Shown here: positions 1 to 13,606 of the stretch, piece after piece
How positions within the stretch are numbered: position 1 is the stretch's first letter
Layout: each line of letters opens with the position of its first letter
Position numbers and translations under genes: made by a program
Notes under the pieces: model-generated
Seen by the model: only the letters and a program-made list of their open reading frames with translations
Told to the model about the DNA's origin: nothing
Database searches by the model: none
Assembly: GCA_002269645.1 (NCBI GenBank)
Contig: NIVC01000463.1
Span: forward strand, 1-64,000
Length of the DNA: 64,000 bases
From: Macrostomum lignano
Taxonomy: Eukaryota
Reading direction: 5' to 3'

Positions 1-879
1 TTCTGCTTATGCATTGTTTTTTTATAACTGCGCTTAATTGCTTATAATTTGGAAGCTGGTTTAAATAGGCAGTTTCTTTAAGTCGCCCGCTTTTTCTTGT
101 ACGCTTTTGAGGAACTGCGGTCAGTAAACTTCCTGCTAGGTAGAAAATTTTATCTATTTTCAGGGTTTTTCTGGTACGATAGTTTCAAAAATTTTATTTT
201 AGGTGCAGATGCAAAGCAAGATCCCCTAATGTGCATGTTAAGTTCAATAAATCGACGGCTATACTTACTCTTTTGTGAATTCCATCTATCAATCCTTGTA
301 GTTTACTTCGAACGCAAACTGTTTCTTCAATCCATAATACTAGACTGTTCTAACAGGCGTTAATTGAAAACAACACAGAACTAAAATCTATGTTAACAAA
401 TTTGCTTAAGCACACGAAGCAGTTACGTCGTAAGAGATAAGCATGAGAGCTAGGGCAATTTTGTAAGAGAATCTATTTTTTAACAGATTCGGCAGACAGC
501 ACAGCAACAATACACGCCCACTCAGGCACGCGTTAGGCGCATCGCTCAAGTGTATAGTGTACACACAGACTATTTTACCCCCAGTTACTTCGAGACTGTG
601 CTCATGAGTGTACTCGCCAAAAATTAAAAGAAAAACTGAGAAGTTGGGGTTTGAAAAATGAAATTAGCGCACAAGATGTAGTACGCGTTTTGTAGTGAAG
701 GTCAAACTGTACAGTGTTCTGCTAAATTTGGACAGCTTCAAAAAGGAAAAGAAGAGAAGAGAGTGGGTGGCTGCCTGCCTGTGTCACACCACCCGATGTT
801 TTGCGCATTAGTACGAAGGTATAATACACTGGAGCAGTCCGAAAGCTTGCATGCATATATATATAATACACATGTAGTG

Positions 880-1565
880 GGGTCGCCATCATAAGCTCGA
901 AAAATCACAAGCTCGAAAAATCATATCGTCGAAACTGATTTAGCAACCACCATCACAATCTCGAAAAGTCATAAGCTCGAAAAATCATAACGTCGAGAAG
1001 TTTAGCAACCACCATCACAAGCTCGAAAAATCACATCGTCGAAAAGTTTAGCAAACATCATCACAAGCTTGAAAAGGCACAAGCTCTAACCCTAACCCCA
1101 AGGCACTAACCCTAACCCTAAGGCACCAGTACCCTAGCCTAACCCTGAACCATAACCCTAACCTAACCCTAAACCCTTAACTTAAAGGCACTAGTTCTAA
1201 CCCCGACCCTAACCCTAAGCCCTAACCCTAAGGCACAAGCTCTAACCCTAACCCTATTCAAGCTTGTGATGGTGGTTGCTAACCTTTTCGACGATGTGAC
1301 TTTTCGAGCTTGTGAATTTTCGAGCTAATGATGGTGGTTGCTGGACTTTTCGACGATATGATTTTTCGAGCTTATGACTTTTCGAGCTTGTGATGGTGGT
1401 TGCTAAACTTTTCGACGATGTGATTTTTCGAGCTTATGATTTTTCGAGCTTGTGATGGTGGTTGCTAAACTTTTCGACAATATGATTTTTCGAGCTTATG
1501 ACTTTTCGAGCTTGTGATGGTGGATGCTTTTCGACGATGTGATTTTTCGAGCTTGTGATGGGCCC
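880..1565. mobile_element. Non-autonomous foldback/MULE-like inverted-repeat element (MITE) with internal telomere-like tract
   Basis: Left arm (CATCACAAGCTCGAAAA / CATCGTCGAAAAGTTTAGCAACCAC subrepeats, 880-~1080) is the reverse complement of the right arm (~1260-1565). Termini GGGTCGCCATC...GATGGGCCC. Direct repeat CATGTAGTG at 871-879 and 1566-1574 (9-bp TSD). A related copy lies at 56143-56511. Confidence 0.8.
1085..1255 (+). repeat. Degenerate (CCCTAA)n telomere-like tract inside the foldback element
   Basis: Many CCCTAA/CTAACC units interspersed with AGGCAC. Confidence 0.8.
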
Positions 1566-2347
1566 CATGTAGTGTATCCTGTTGTTCTTGCGGTCACCGT
1601 ATCCAGATCCAGATCTTCTGTGCTATGATCTCTGTTGGATATAGGAATTTGTTGATAAACGTATTAGATGTAAAATGCTTCTGAAAATATGAAGTTTCCT
1701 TGCTTGATAATATCTTCCATAGGTTGTGAGATCTTCCCTGCTAAATATAAGAGATTTTTCGGCTAGATGTGATAAAATATCATAAAAGTGAATCATCTCT
1801 ATACTATCTTTTCGAAATAGCTTAGTCTTAACTATACACAAATCTGCATTAAAAAGTACAAGCCAAAATTTGAACAGTAGAATCAGTTCTTATAATATGA
1901 GCTTTATTTACGTCAAAAATCATTGCAAATTTCATCCCACTAAGCCAGTTATTTTATGGTGGATCAATCAATCGATAATAACTCTGCTACCCTGCACTGC
2001 AGAATCCGTCTTTCTTACCGAAAAACTTAATAAGAAACAGAAAGCAGAGTGAAAATCAAAGGATTGCAAGGCTTGGCCTATCGGCTTTAATAAATATTTT
2101 ATTATATATATCAGAGACAGCCGTAGGGGATCTCGCGAACTCATTAGTTATTCCTCTGATCAGATTAAAATTATAAATTCAGAGCAAATAGTGGCTGCAT
2201 ATTGTGTAATTTTAAATCGAAAAATACAAGAACTGTTTCTTGATAAATCTTAGTTTATATCGTATAGGTTTCATCAAATTTATTGATACCGCCAATATAT
2301 TGGTATCAAGCCAAAGCCAAGCCAAACTTATTGAACTTTGGCCAGAT

Positions 2348-2938
2348 TTAGATTTCTCTCATTGCTTTATGCAGGTATTCGTAGCCTCGCTTGCTCAGCA
2401 TGGCGTCCCTCAGGTAGTTGTAACCTCGCTTGCTCAGCATGGCGTCCCTCAGGTAGTTGTAACCTCGCTTGCTCAGCATGGCGTCCCTCAGGTAGTTGTA
2501 GCCTCGCTTGCTCAGCATGGCGTCCCTCAGGTAGTTGTAGCCTCGCTTGCTCAGCATGGCGTCCCTCAGGTAGTTGTAGCCTCTCTTGCTCAGCATGGCA
2601 TCCCTCAGGTAGTTGTAGCCTCGCTTGCTCAGCATGGCGTCCGTCAGGTAGTTGTAGCCTCTCTTGCTCAGCATGGCATCCCTCAGGTAGTTGTAGCCTC
2701 GCTTGCTCAGCATGGCGTCCGTCAGGTAGTTGTAGCCTCTCTTGCTCAGCATGGCGTCCCTCAGGTAGTTGTAGCCTCTCTTGCTCAGCATGGCGTCCCT
2801 CAGGTAGTTGTAGCCTCGCTTGCTCAGCATGGCGTCCCTCAGGTAGTTGTAGCGTCGCTTGCTTTCGTGAGCCTCGACCGTCAAGAAGCAGACAACGGCA
2901 ATGACTGCCATAGCAAAAGCCGTTCCATAACGCACCAT
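2348..2938 (-). CDS. Multi-copy neuropeptide precursor (196 aa)
   Basis: ATG and hydrophobic signal peptide MVRYGTAFAMAVIAVVCFLTVEA. Then 12 KR-delimited 13-aa units (1x RYNYLRDAMLS, 9x GYNYLRDAMLS, 2x GYNYLTDAMLS) and a diverged last peptide GYEYLHKAMREI before the stop. Minus-strand AATAAA at 2279-2284. Possible upstream UTR exon donor (CAG|GTAAG) at ~3468. Confidence 0.9.
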   Translation of the reverse strand: MVRYGTAFAMAVIAVVCFLTVEAHESKRRYNYLRDAMLSKRGYNYLRDAMLSKRGYNYLRDAMLSKRGYNYLTDAMLSKRGYNYLRDAMLSKRGYNYLTDAMLSKRGYNYLRDAMLSKRGYNYLRDAMLSKRGYNYLRDAMLSKRGYNYLRDAMLSKRGYNYLRDAMLSKRGYNYLRDAMLSKRGYEYLHKAMREI

Positions 2939-3821
2939 GCTTGAATTAGCGTCAACGATATCTCAAGGTGCACGCGGTAGTTAATCCTTCGTGTGGATGT
3001 TGCTGTTGTTAAGAAGGAAATGGTGGCTAGATTTACTTACTCGCAGCTTATATTTTACAACTTAATCCTGTGGGGTGCATATTTAATGAGAGAGTCGGTA
3101 AAATATGCCAATGTGCCATATGCCGTATGGCTCGCGGTGCGTCACCGATTAATAGGAAAAATCATTTTTATGTTTGCTCTTGTTTTTCTAATCTATCGAA
3201 TTTGAGACCGCGTCACTACGACCAGTTCGATCTAGCAAGCACTAAACTGAATCCATTATGCTAATCCATGCTCCATCCAAGCCTCAAGGGAACTCAAGCT
3301 GCTGGCTTGGATAATATCAAATAATTTGATTTATTTGCCGCCTAAAGCGCGAATTTTTTGCAGCTATGAAAAACTGAGCGAATTTCATGATGCAGCCTGT
3401 CTGAGAGCATGTATTAATATGCTCTGTTGATCTTTCTATAACATTCAATATATATCAGCAAAACTTACCTGTTAGTACGTTGAGACAAGCTCCAGTTCAA
3501 GAGAAGTTCTGGACTAAAAACCCGCTTCGTGCCGCTGGAGGACCTGCGTCTCGAGCTGTTATAAGCTTTCAATAACAAAATTTGAGAGAATGAAACGACT
3601 GAACTGGATTTGATGCCAACCGATCGTGATTGGTTCTGGAGTTAATGAAAGCTTTGAACACGGGATGAGAGTGGGCTGTGAGGAGATTTTTCTGTCCTTA
3701 GGTAGTAGGGAATTCTCCTTCTCTAAAAATCCAAAGCCTGATGCTTCTAATCCATCTCAGACTAGGGAATTTAAAAAACCACCGCTTTTCAAAGATAGCA
3801 AATCCTTTATTAATAAGTCTT

Positions 3822-3853
3822 CTGTCTCTATCTGTCTGCCCGTCTGTCTGCCC

Positions 3854-3945
<92 letters not shown>

Positions 3946-3972
3946 TGGTGTCTGTCTTAGTGTCTGTCTTAG

Positions 3973-4022
<50 letters not shown>
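3822..4022. repeat. (CTGT)n microsatellite
   Basis: Direct inspection. Confidence 0.95.
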
Positions 4023-4023
<1 letters not shown>

Positions 4024-4374
4024 GTAACTAGCTGGCTGCTCTTAGGAACGGCTAGTTTGATTGTGCGTCTCAAAATTGCTCATAGAGTTCCACTCGAGAT
4101 GGCCTCAGGCATGCTCAATTTTCTTCACTTGGGAGTTCGCAGGTGCTCAAGAAATGTTTCATTAATTCAAGCCTTCAAAAGACTCGAACTAGTTTGCTTA
4201 CAAGCGTACTTACAACGTACTTCCCTTACTTTCTCAGAACCGTTAAAATCGGCTCATCTTCTCCGAGTTCTTATTAACCTGCCTTGATTCATTCTATAAG
4301 ACTCTGTCGAATCTTTTTTCACAAAATTTTCAGATTTTTTTGATGAGACCAACATGTCCTAATGGTTCTATCTG

Positions 4375-5806
4375 CATCTATCTACACGGTGTCACTGTCG
4401 ATTGTGTCTGATCTACACTGTCACTGTCGATTGTGCCTGATCTACACAGTGTCACTGCCGATTGTGTCTGATCTACACAGTGTCACTGTCGATTGTGTCT
4501 GATCTACACAGTGTGTCTAATCTACAAGGTGTCACTGTCGATTGTGTCTGATCTACACAGTGTGTCTAATCTACAAGGTGTCACTGTCGATTGTGTCTGA
4601 TCTACACAGTGTGTCTAATCTACAAGGTGTCACTGTCGATTGTGTCTGATCGACATACACAGTGTCACTGTCGATTGTGTCTGATCTACACAGTGTCACT
4701 GTCAATTGTGTCTGATCTACACAGTGTCACTGTCGATTATGTCTGATCTACACGGTGTCACTGTCGATTGTGTCTGATCTACACGGTGTCACTGTCGATT
4801 GTGTCTGATCTACACTGTCACTGTCGATTGTGTCTGATCTACACTGTCACTGTCGATTGTGCCTGATCTACACAGTGTCACTGCCGATTGTGTCTGATCT
4901 ACACTGTCACTGTCGATTGTGTCTGATCTACACTGTCACTGTCAATTGTGTCTGATCTACACAGTATCACTGTCGATTGTGTCTGATCTACACAGTGTCA
5001 CTGTCGATTGTGTCTGATCTACACAGTGTCACTATCGATTGTGTCTGATCTACACAGTATCACTGTCGATTGTGTCTGATCTACACAGTGTCACTGTCGA
5101 TTGTGCCTGATCTAGACGGTGTCACTGTCAATTGTGTCTGATCTACACAGTGTCACTGTCAATTGTGTCTGATCTACACGGTGTCACTGTCGATTGTGTC
5201 TGATCTACACAGTGTGTCTAATCTACAAGGTGTCACTGTCGATTGTATCTGATCTACATACACAGTGTCACTGTCGATTGTGCCTGATCTACACGGTGTC
5301 ACTGTCGATTGTGCCTGATCTACACAGTGTCACTGTCGATTGTGCCTGATCTACACGGTGTCACTGTCAATTGTGTCTGATCTACACAGTGTCACTGTCA
5401 ATTGTGTCTGATCTACACAGTGTCACTGCCGATTGTGTCTGATCTACACAGTGTCACTGTCGATTGTGTCTGATCTACACAGTGTCACTGCCGATTGTGT
5501 CTGATCTACACAGTGTCACTGTCGATTGTGTCTGATCTACATAGTGTCACTGTCGATTGTGCATGATCTACACAATGTCACTGTCGATTGTGCCTGATCT
5601 ACACGGTGTCACTGTCAATTGTGTCTGATCTACACAGTATCACTGTCGATTGTGTCTGATCTACACAGTGTCACTGTCAATTGTGTCTGATCTACACAGT
5701 GTCACTGTCGATTGTGTCTGATCTACATAGTGTCACTGTCGATTGTGCATGATCTACACAATGTCACTGTCGATTGTGTCTGATCTACACGGTGTCACTG
5801 TCAATT
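4375..5806. repeat. 31-bp minisatellite GTGTCACTGTCGATTGTGTCTGATCTACACA
   Basis: Period 31 (for example 5401 to 5432). Confidence 0.95.
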
Positions 5807-5965
5807 GCCTCTGGTACCATTGTCGACAGTTTGAGACTTTGAGACTTTTTGATGCCATCTTTTTGAGTAGCTGGATCTGGTCTCTTTCTAAGTTTCGTAC
5901 TATACTGTTTTGTTTAAACTTCTGAAAGAATTTCTGATTTTTATTATCCAGGAGTATTATAGTCT

Positions 5966-8766
<2,801 letters not shown>

Positions 8767-8889
8767 TTGATTTGATACTGCAGTCTGATGTACGAGCTAC
8801 CGTTTACAGTTGTGGACTTGGTGTAGGGTTGCGGAAGGGTCTGGACTGTTTTGCGATCCTGTTTATTGCCTCTATTTAGCTTTGTGTCC

Positions 8890-9590
8890 GTGTCTGTCTC
8901 TGTCTGTCCCTGTCTGTCTTTCCCTGTCTGTCTTTTCCTGTTCCTATCTTTGTCTTTCCCTGCCTGTCTCTGTCTGTCCCTGTCTTTGTCTGTCCCTGTC
9001 TGTCTTTGTCTGTCCCTCTCTGTCTTTGTCTGTCCCTGTCTGTCTTTGTCTGTCCCTGTCTGTCTTTGTCTGTCCCTGTCTGTCTTTGTCTGACCCTGTC
9101 TGTCTTTGTCTGACCCTGTCTGTCTTTGCTGTCCCTGTCTGTCTTTGTCTGTCCCTGTCTGTCTTTGTCTGTCCCTGTCTTTGTCTGTCCCTGTCTGTCT
9201 TTGTCTGTCCCTGTCTGTCTTTGTCTGTCCCTGTCTGTCTTTGTCTGTCCCTGTCTGTCTCTGTCTGTCCCTGTCTGTCTTTGTCTGACCCTGTCTGTCT
9301 TTGTCTGACCCTGTCTGTCTTTGCTGTCCCTGTCTGTCTCTGTCTGTCCCTGTCTGTCTTTGTCTAACCCTGTCTGTCTTTGCTGTCCCTGTCTGTCTTT
9401 GCCTGTTCCTGTCTTTGTCTGTCCCTGTCTTTGTCTGTCCCTGTCTTTGTCTGTCCCTGTATTTGTCTGTCCCTGTCTGTCTTTGTCTGTCCCTGTCTTT
9501 GTATGTCCCTGTCTTTGCCTGTCCCTGTCTTTGTCTGTCCCTGTATTTGTCTGTCCCTGTCTGTCTTTGTCTGTCCCTATCTGTCAGTGT
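8890..9590. repeat. Compound CTGT/CTTTGT/CCCTGT simple repeat
   Basis: Direct inspection; explains many spurious ORFs. Confidence 0.9.
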
Positions 9591-11279
9591 CCTCTGTTCT
9601 CTTCCCTCTTCTATCTTCTCCCCCTGTACCTTGCCAGTTTTCTCCCACTGCATGGCAGTGACTTATTGTTTAACCCCGGCCACATCCCCCAGCAAAGCAT
9701 GTAACGAACTGCAGGCGCACAGTCAGCGAGAGCTTCGCTTCACCTCAGCCATGCATAATGCACGGCTGGTGAAGAAATTTCTGCCGTGTTTTACGACCTC
9801 CAAAACTATTATTATGGCCGCTGCACCGTGATCGGGAGTCGGTTACGCATTAGTTAATAATAAATCAGACATTGTTAACATGAGCACAGCGGCTTGTTCC
9901 ATGGGCTCTGGCTAAACGGGCTTAGTGACAGACGGGATGCTGCCCATGGGCCAACTAAAATAAGCCAGAAGCTAAGGACGTTGTAAAATTAGCTATCGAG
10001 ATTTCGGAAATTTTCAGTTCTTTTTTTAGCACTACGAAGCCGAACTGCCTATAGCTTCACCTTACTAAACTTCTGAATTGTAAACTGAACAACTGTGTGT
10101 TTTGTCAACCTACATGTATTTGCAAGTTCAGTTCACGGTGAGATGTGTTCTAGTTATTGTTAAATAAAACAGCAATTTCTGTCAACATTTTGCAGCAACA
10201 ATCCGGACTTCACAGCTATGAAAGCCAAACCCCTCCAAGGCACTGCATGGTGCTGTGTGACGATATCTGATTTGCTTTGCATCAAACCTTTGCATCAAAG
10301 AGCCGAATGCTCAGTTCAAGTAAGGAATGTAAAAGGCAGCACGAGCTGATAACTTGATTGCTCAATTGTTTGATCTCAGCACGCACGCAAACTCAGTCTC
10401 TGAGCTGTCTGGCTCATGTCATGTCCTCACGTCTAAATATGGCCGGATGTTTTGGCACTGCATTGGCGCACTGCTTTGTTGTCAAAAATAGCTTTCGAAC
10501 CTGTAAATCTAAACTCTATCTGATCCAAATTTTATCGATTTAATAAATTTTAAACTTTGAGCAGTGAGTTGTGGGATCTCAGCTCTAGGCAGGTATGCTG
10601 ACTGCTTCAACTTGAAGCGTAAACTATAATGAGACGTGGCATCTGAGCAGGTGCATTGCGGGCGCCTCAACTTTGCGAAGATGCGTTCTGCATGACTATA
10701 ATTTAGCAATTTTCCTAGGAACTGCTGCTCGCTTGTTGTTTCTTCCTGAATAGCAATGGCCCCGGCTATTGTCGCAAAATTTGCTGCAACGATTTTGCAG
10801 ACAGCCTTCCTTCTGCCTTCTGCATGTAGCGGTCATATAATTACAGACTGTTTGAGCCCAGGTAAGACTCGAAGTTCTGCCTATAATTAACATTCTGTCA
10901 AACAGAATTTCAGACTGTCTTCAGAAATTTTCTTCGAATTGATGCCGACAACTACAAGATCGAATTCGAATTTTAATCTGACTGAGTGGCATCTTGTCAC
11001 TCGAGAATTGTTTTGAGTAGGACGAGGCTGCAGAGCTTCATTCAGACTGAGTGCAGATTGGTTGGGCTTATTTGCATTTTCGGGAGAACAGTAGTATTTG
11101 CTAATTAACTTGTTGAGCAGTGGGCGCTGAGAAACCGTAGTCTGAATAACCGCTGATAAAGATTCATTAAGGAAAAAGGAGGTAGCCTAAGTATACATAA
11201 TCAAACTTCGAACTAAGGACCACTGGAAGTTACCGTTACAATATACAACACCACAGTGTTATCTTGTAAATTGGAAACC

Positions 11280-11900
11280 TGCGGTGCTTCTTAGAAAACT
11301 CTATGGTACATCTAGAAAGCATTTATAGGTTTCTTAAGAGAAACCCACGAAGTTTCTTAGAAATCCAGTGAAACCTTATCAAAACCCGGTGATATCTCTT
11401 CAACTGTCTACGATGCTTCTTAGAAAACCCAGCATATTTCTTAGAAATCCTTAGATACTTCATTGAAACCCGATGATGCTTTTTTTGTAAGAAGGCCCAA
11501 GATACTGCATCGAAACCTCGGGATTATTCGTGAAAAGTTAGCGATTATTTTTTAACGGGATATTATTTCATAAAAAACCTACCGATATTTCTTAGAAATC
11601 ATGCGGATACTTTATCACAAGACCGACGATCGTATCTCTTAGCAGGCCTATAATGAGTTTTAAAGAACTCTGAAATTTTTGTAATAAATCCACGATTATT
11701 CTTAGAAATCATAATAACGTCATTAAAAATCGACGGTCTCTTAGAAAGCCAATTAAAATTCTTAGAAAAACTTATGTTCTAAGTTTAACGTTTTTCCTCA
11801 GAAAACCCGAGTCGTTTCTTAGAAACGATTTTCTAAGAAGAATCGTGGATTTTCTCTCAGAAATCCCTAGTAGAAAATTCTAAAATATGTTTTGATAAAT
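11280..11900. repeat. Old degenerate repeat with recurring TTTCTTAGAAA core
   Basis: The motif recurs about every 30-40 nt with diverged spacers. Confidence 0.6.
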
Positions 11901-12186
11901 CCTACCTAAATTTTTTAAAAGATCAAGACTTTTTTTAAAATATGAGCGTTTACACGTTTTCCTAAACTTAAAAAATCTGGATTAGTAGGATACTATAGTC
12001 AGAATATTTTCTGTGAATCCTGTGCAAAACCTGCGACAGTCTCTTTGCCTAATTTAGTAATAGAAAATACGAGCCACCTTCGATCCCAGTCACCGATCTC
12101 AATCCCCATTGGTCAGGGCCACGCCTTGCTGACAATTATATCTATCAGCTAGTCTCTCTATAAAAAGCATGCTAGAAAATCTCGCT

Positions 12187-12425
12187 TTAGAGACGCCGAC
12201 TCTTGACAGTACAAGACAAAATCTGAGCAATCGTTGCGCGGTTACTGAATTCTCGATCTTTACCCAATATAATCCTGTGAACCATTTTCTTATTGGTAAG
12301 TTTGACAAGGCGGATTTGATTTAGAACTTTTGCATATGCTTTTGTGTCTCTTCTGGAGCGATGAAGCATATTACTTGTATCTATCTGCTTATTTTCAAAT
12401 TCCAATCCGTATTGATTGACAGAGT
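12187..12425 (-). CDS. Candidate terminal exon of a peptide precursor (RSRR-DTKAYAKVLNQIRLVKLTNKKMVHRIIL-GK)
   Basis: Strong acceptor CTGTTTCTTTCCCAG at 12426 (phase 1) and an open frame to TAA at 12187. Furin-type RSRR site and G-K amidation motif. The upstream signal-peptide exon was not found. Confidence 0.35.
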
Positions 12426-12869
12426 CTGGGAAAGAAACAGAAGCGGTTTAAGCGATCAAATCAATTGCCATTATCCGGGGGGGATTACAGAGGGGACCAG
12501 CTGCCACAAGTGCAATGGACAGGCCGGTCCGGCCCCTTCTTGTTGCTTCTAGTTATTTTTCTTGCATCAATTTCTTGCAGTTGAGTTTGGCCTAAGCCGC
12601 TTGCAGAACCAGCTTAAAAGTAAAAATTTTTGCCCGGATATGCTTAAAACATTGTTGGAACAGTTACCAACTATGTAAGAAACTTTTTGTTTCTCAGCTG
12701 AGTGCTGTGAAGCTCGTGGCTTTGTTTAGCGTTTTGTTATCAAAGTTTTTCTCAGATTTTTAGCTACAGTACACTTGAAATTTTACGCTTCGTTTACATG
12801 AATTCGGTGGGTGTCTGAAAGGATGCAAAATGCAAGAAAAACATGGAGTCCTTTAAAAGAAGAATTGAA

Positions 12870-13535
12870 AATCAATTGGGGTTGTCGGCACATCAAAGGA
12901 CTTGAAATCAATGGGAGGGTGTCGGCACATCAAAGGAAGGACCTGAAATCAATGGGAGGTTGTCGGCACATCAAAGGAAGGACCTGAAATCAATGGGGGT
13001 TTTTCGGCACATTAAAGGAAGGACTTGAAATTAATGGGGGTTGTCGGCACATTAAAGGAAGGACTTGAAATCAATGGGAGTTGTCGGCCCTTCAAAGGAA
13101 GGACCTTAAATCTATAGGATTGTCGGCACTTCAAAGGAAGGACTTGAAATCAATGGGGGGTTGTCGGCACTTCAAAGAAAGGACCTGAAATCAATGGGGG
13201 ATTGTAGGCACTTCAAAGAAAGGACCTGAAATCAATGGGGGGGTTGTAGGCACTTCAAAGAAAGGACCTGAAATCAATGGGGGTTGTAGGCACTTCAAAG
13301 AAAGGACCTGAAATCAATGGGGGGTTGTAGGCACTTTAAAGAAAGGACCTGAAATCAATGGGGGGGGTTGTAGGCACTTCAAAGAAAGGACCTGAAATCA
13401 ATGGGGGGTTGTAGGCACTTCAAAGAAAGGACCTGAAATCAATGGGGGGTTGTAGGCACTTCAAAGAAAGGACCTGAAATCAATGGGGGGGGGTTGTAGG
13501 CACTTCAAAGAAAGGACCTGAAATCAATGGGGGTA
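12870..13535. repeat. ~41-bp minisatellite TGAAATCAATGGGGGTTGTAGGCACTTCAAAGAAAGGACC
   Basis: Direct inspection. Confidence 0.9.
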
Positions 13536-13606
13536 GGTGGCCTTAAGAGTCACAAACTTACGCTTGCACTATGCTTTCGTTCATGCAGGATCTGAACTTT
13601 GCAAGA

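Noticed and set aside
1085-1255. True telomere or chromosome end
   Set aside because: Short, degenerate and enclosed by the inverted arms and TSD of a mobile element.
2240-2944. Plus-strand ORFs 2240-2944 and 2338-2904
   Set aside because: Antisense shadows of the neuropeptide repeat; only the minus frame has a signal peptide and KR sites.
12187-12425. This exon as the terminal exon of the 16.1-20.0 kb gene
   Set aside because: A nearer strong phase-1 acceptor at 16162 gives a stop at 16109 followed by AATAAA; the join is phase-compatible but less parsimonious.
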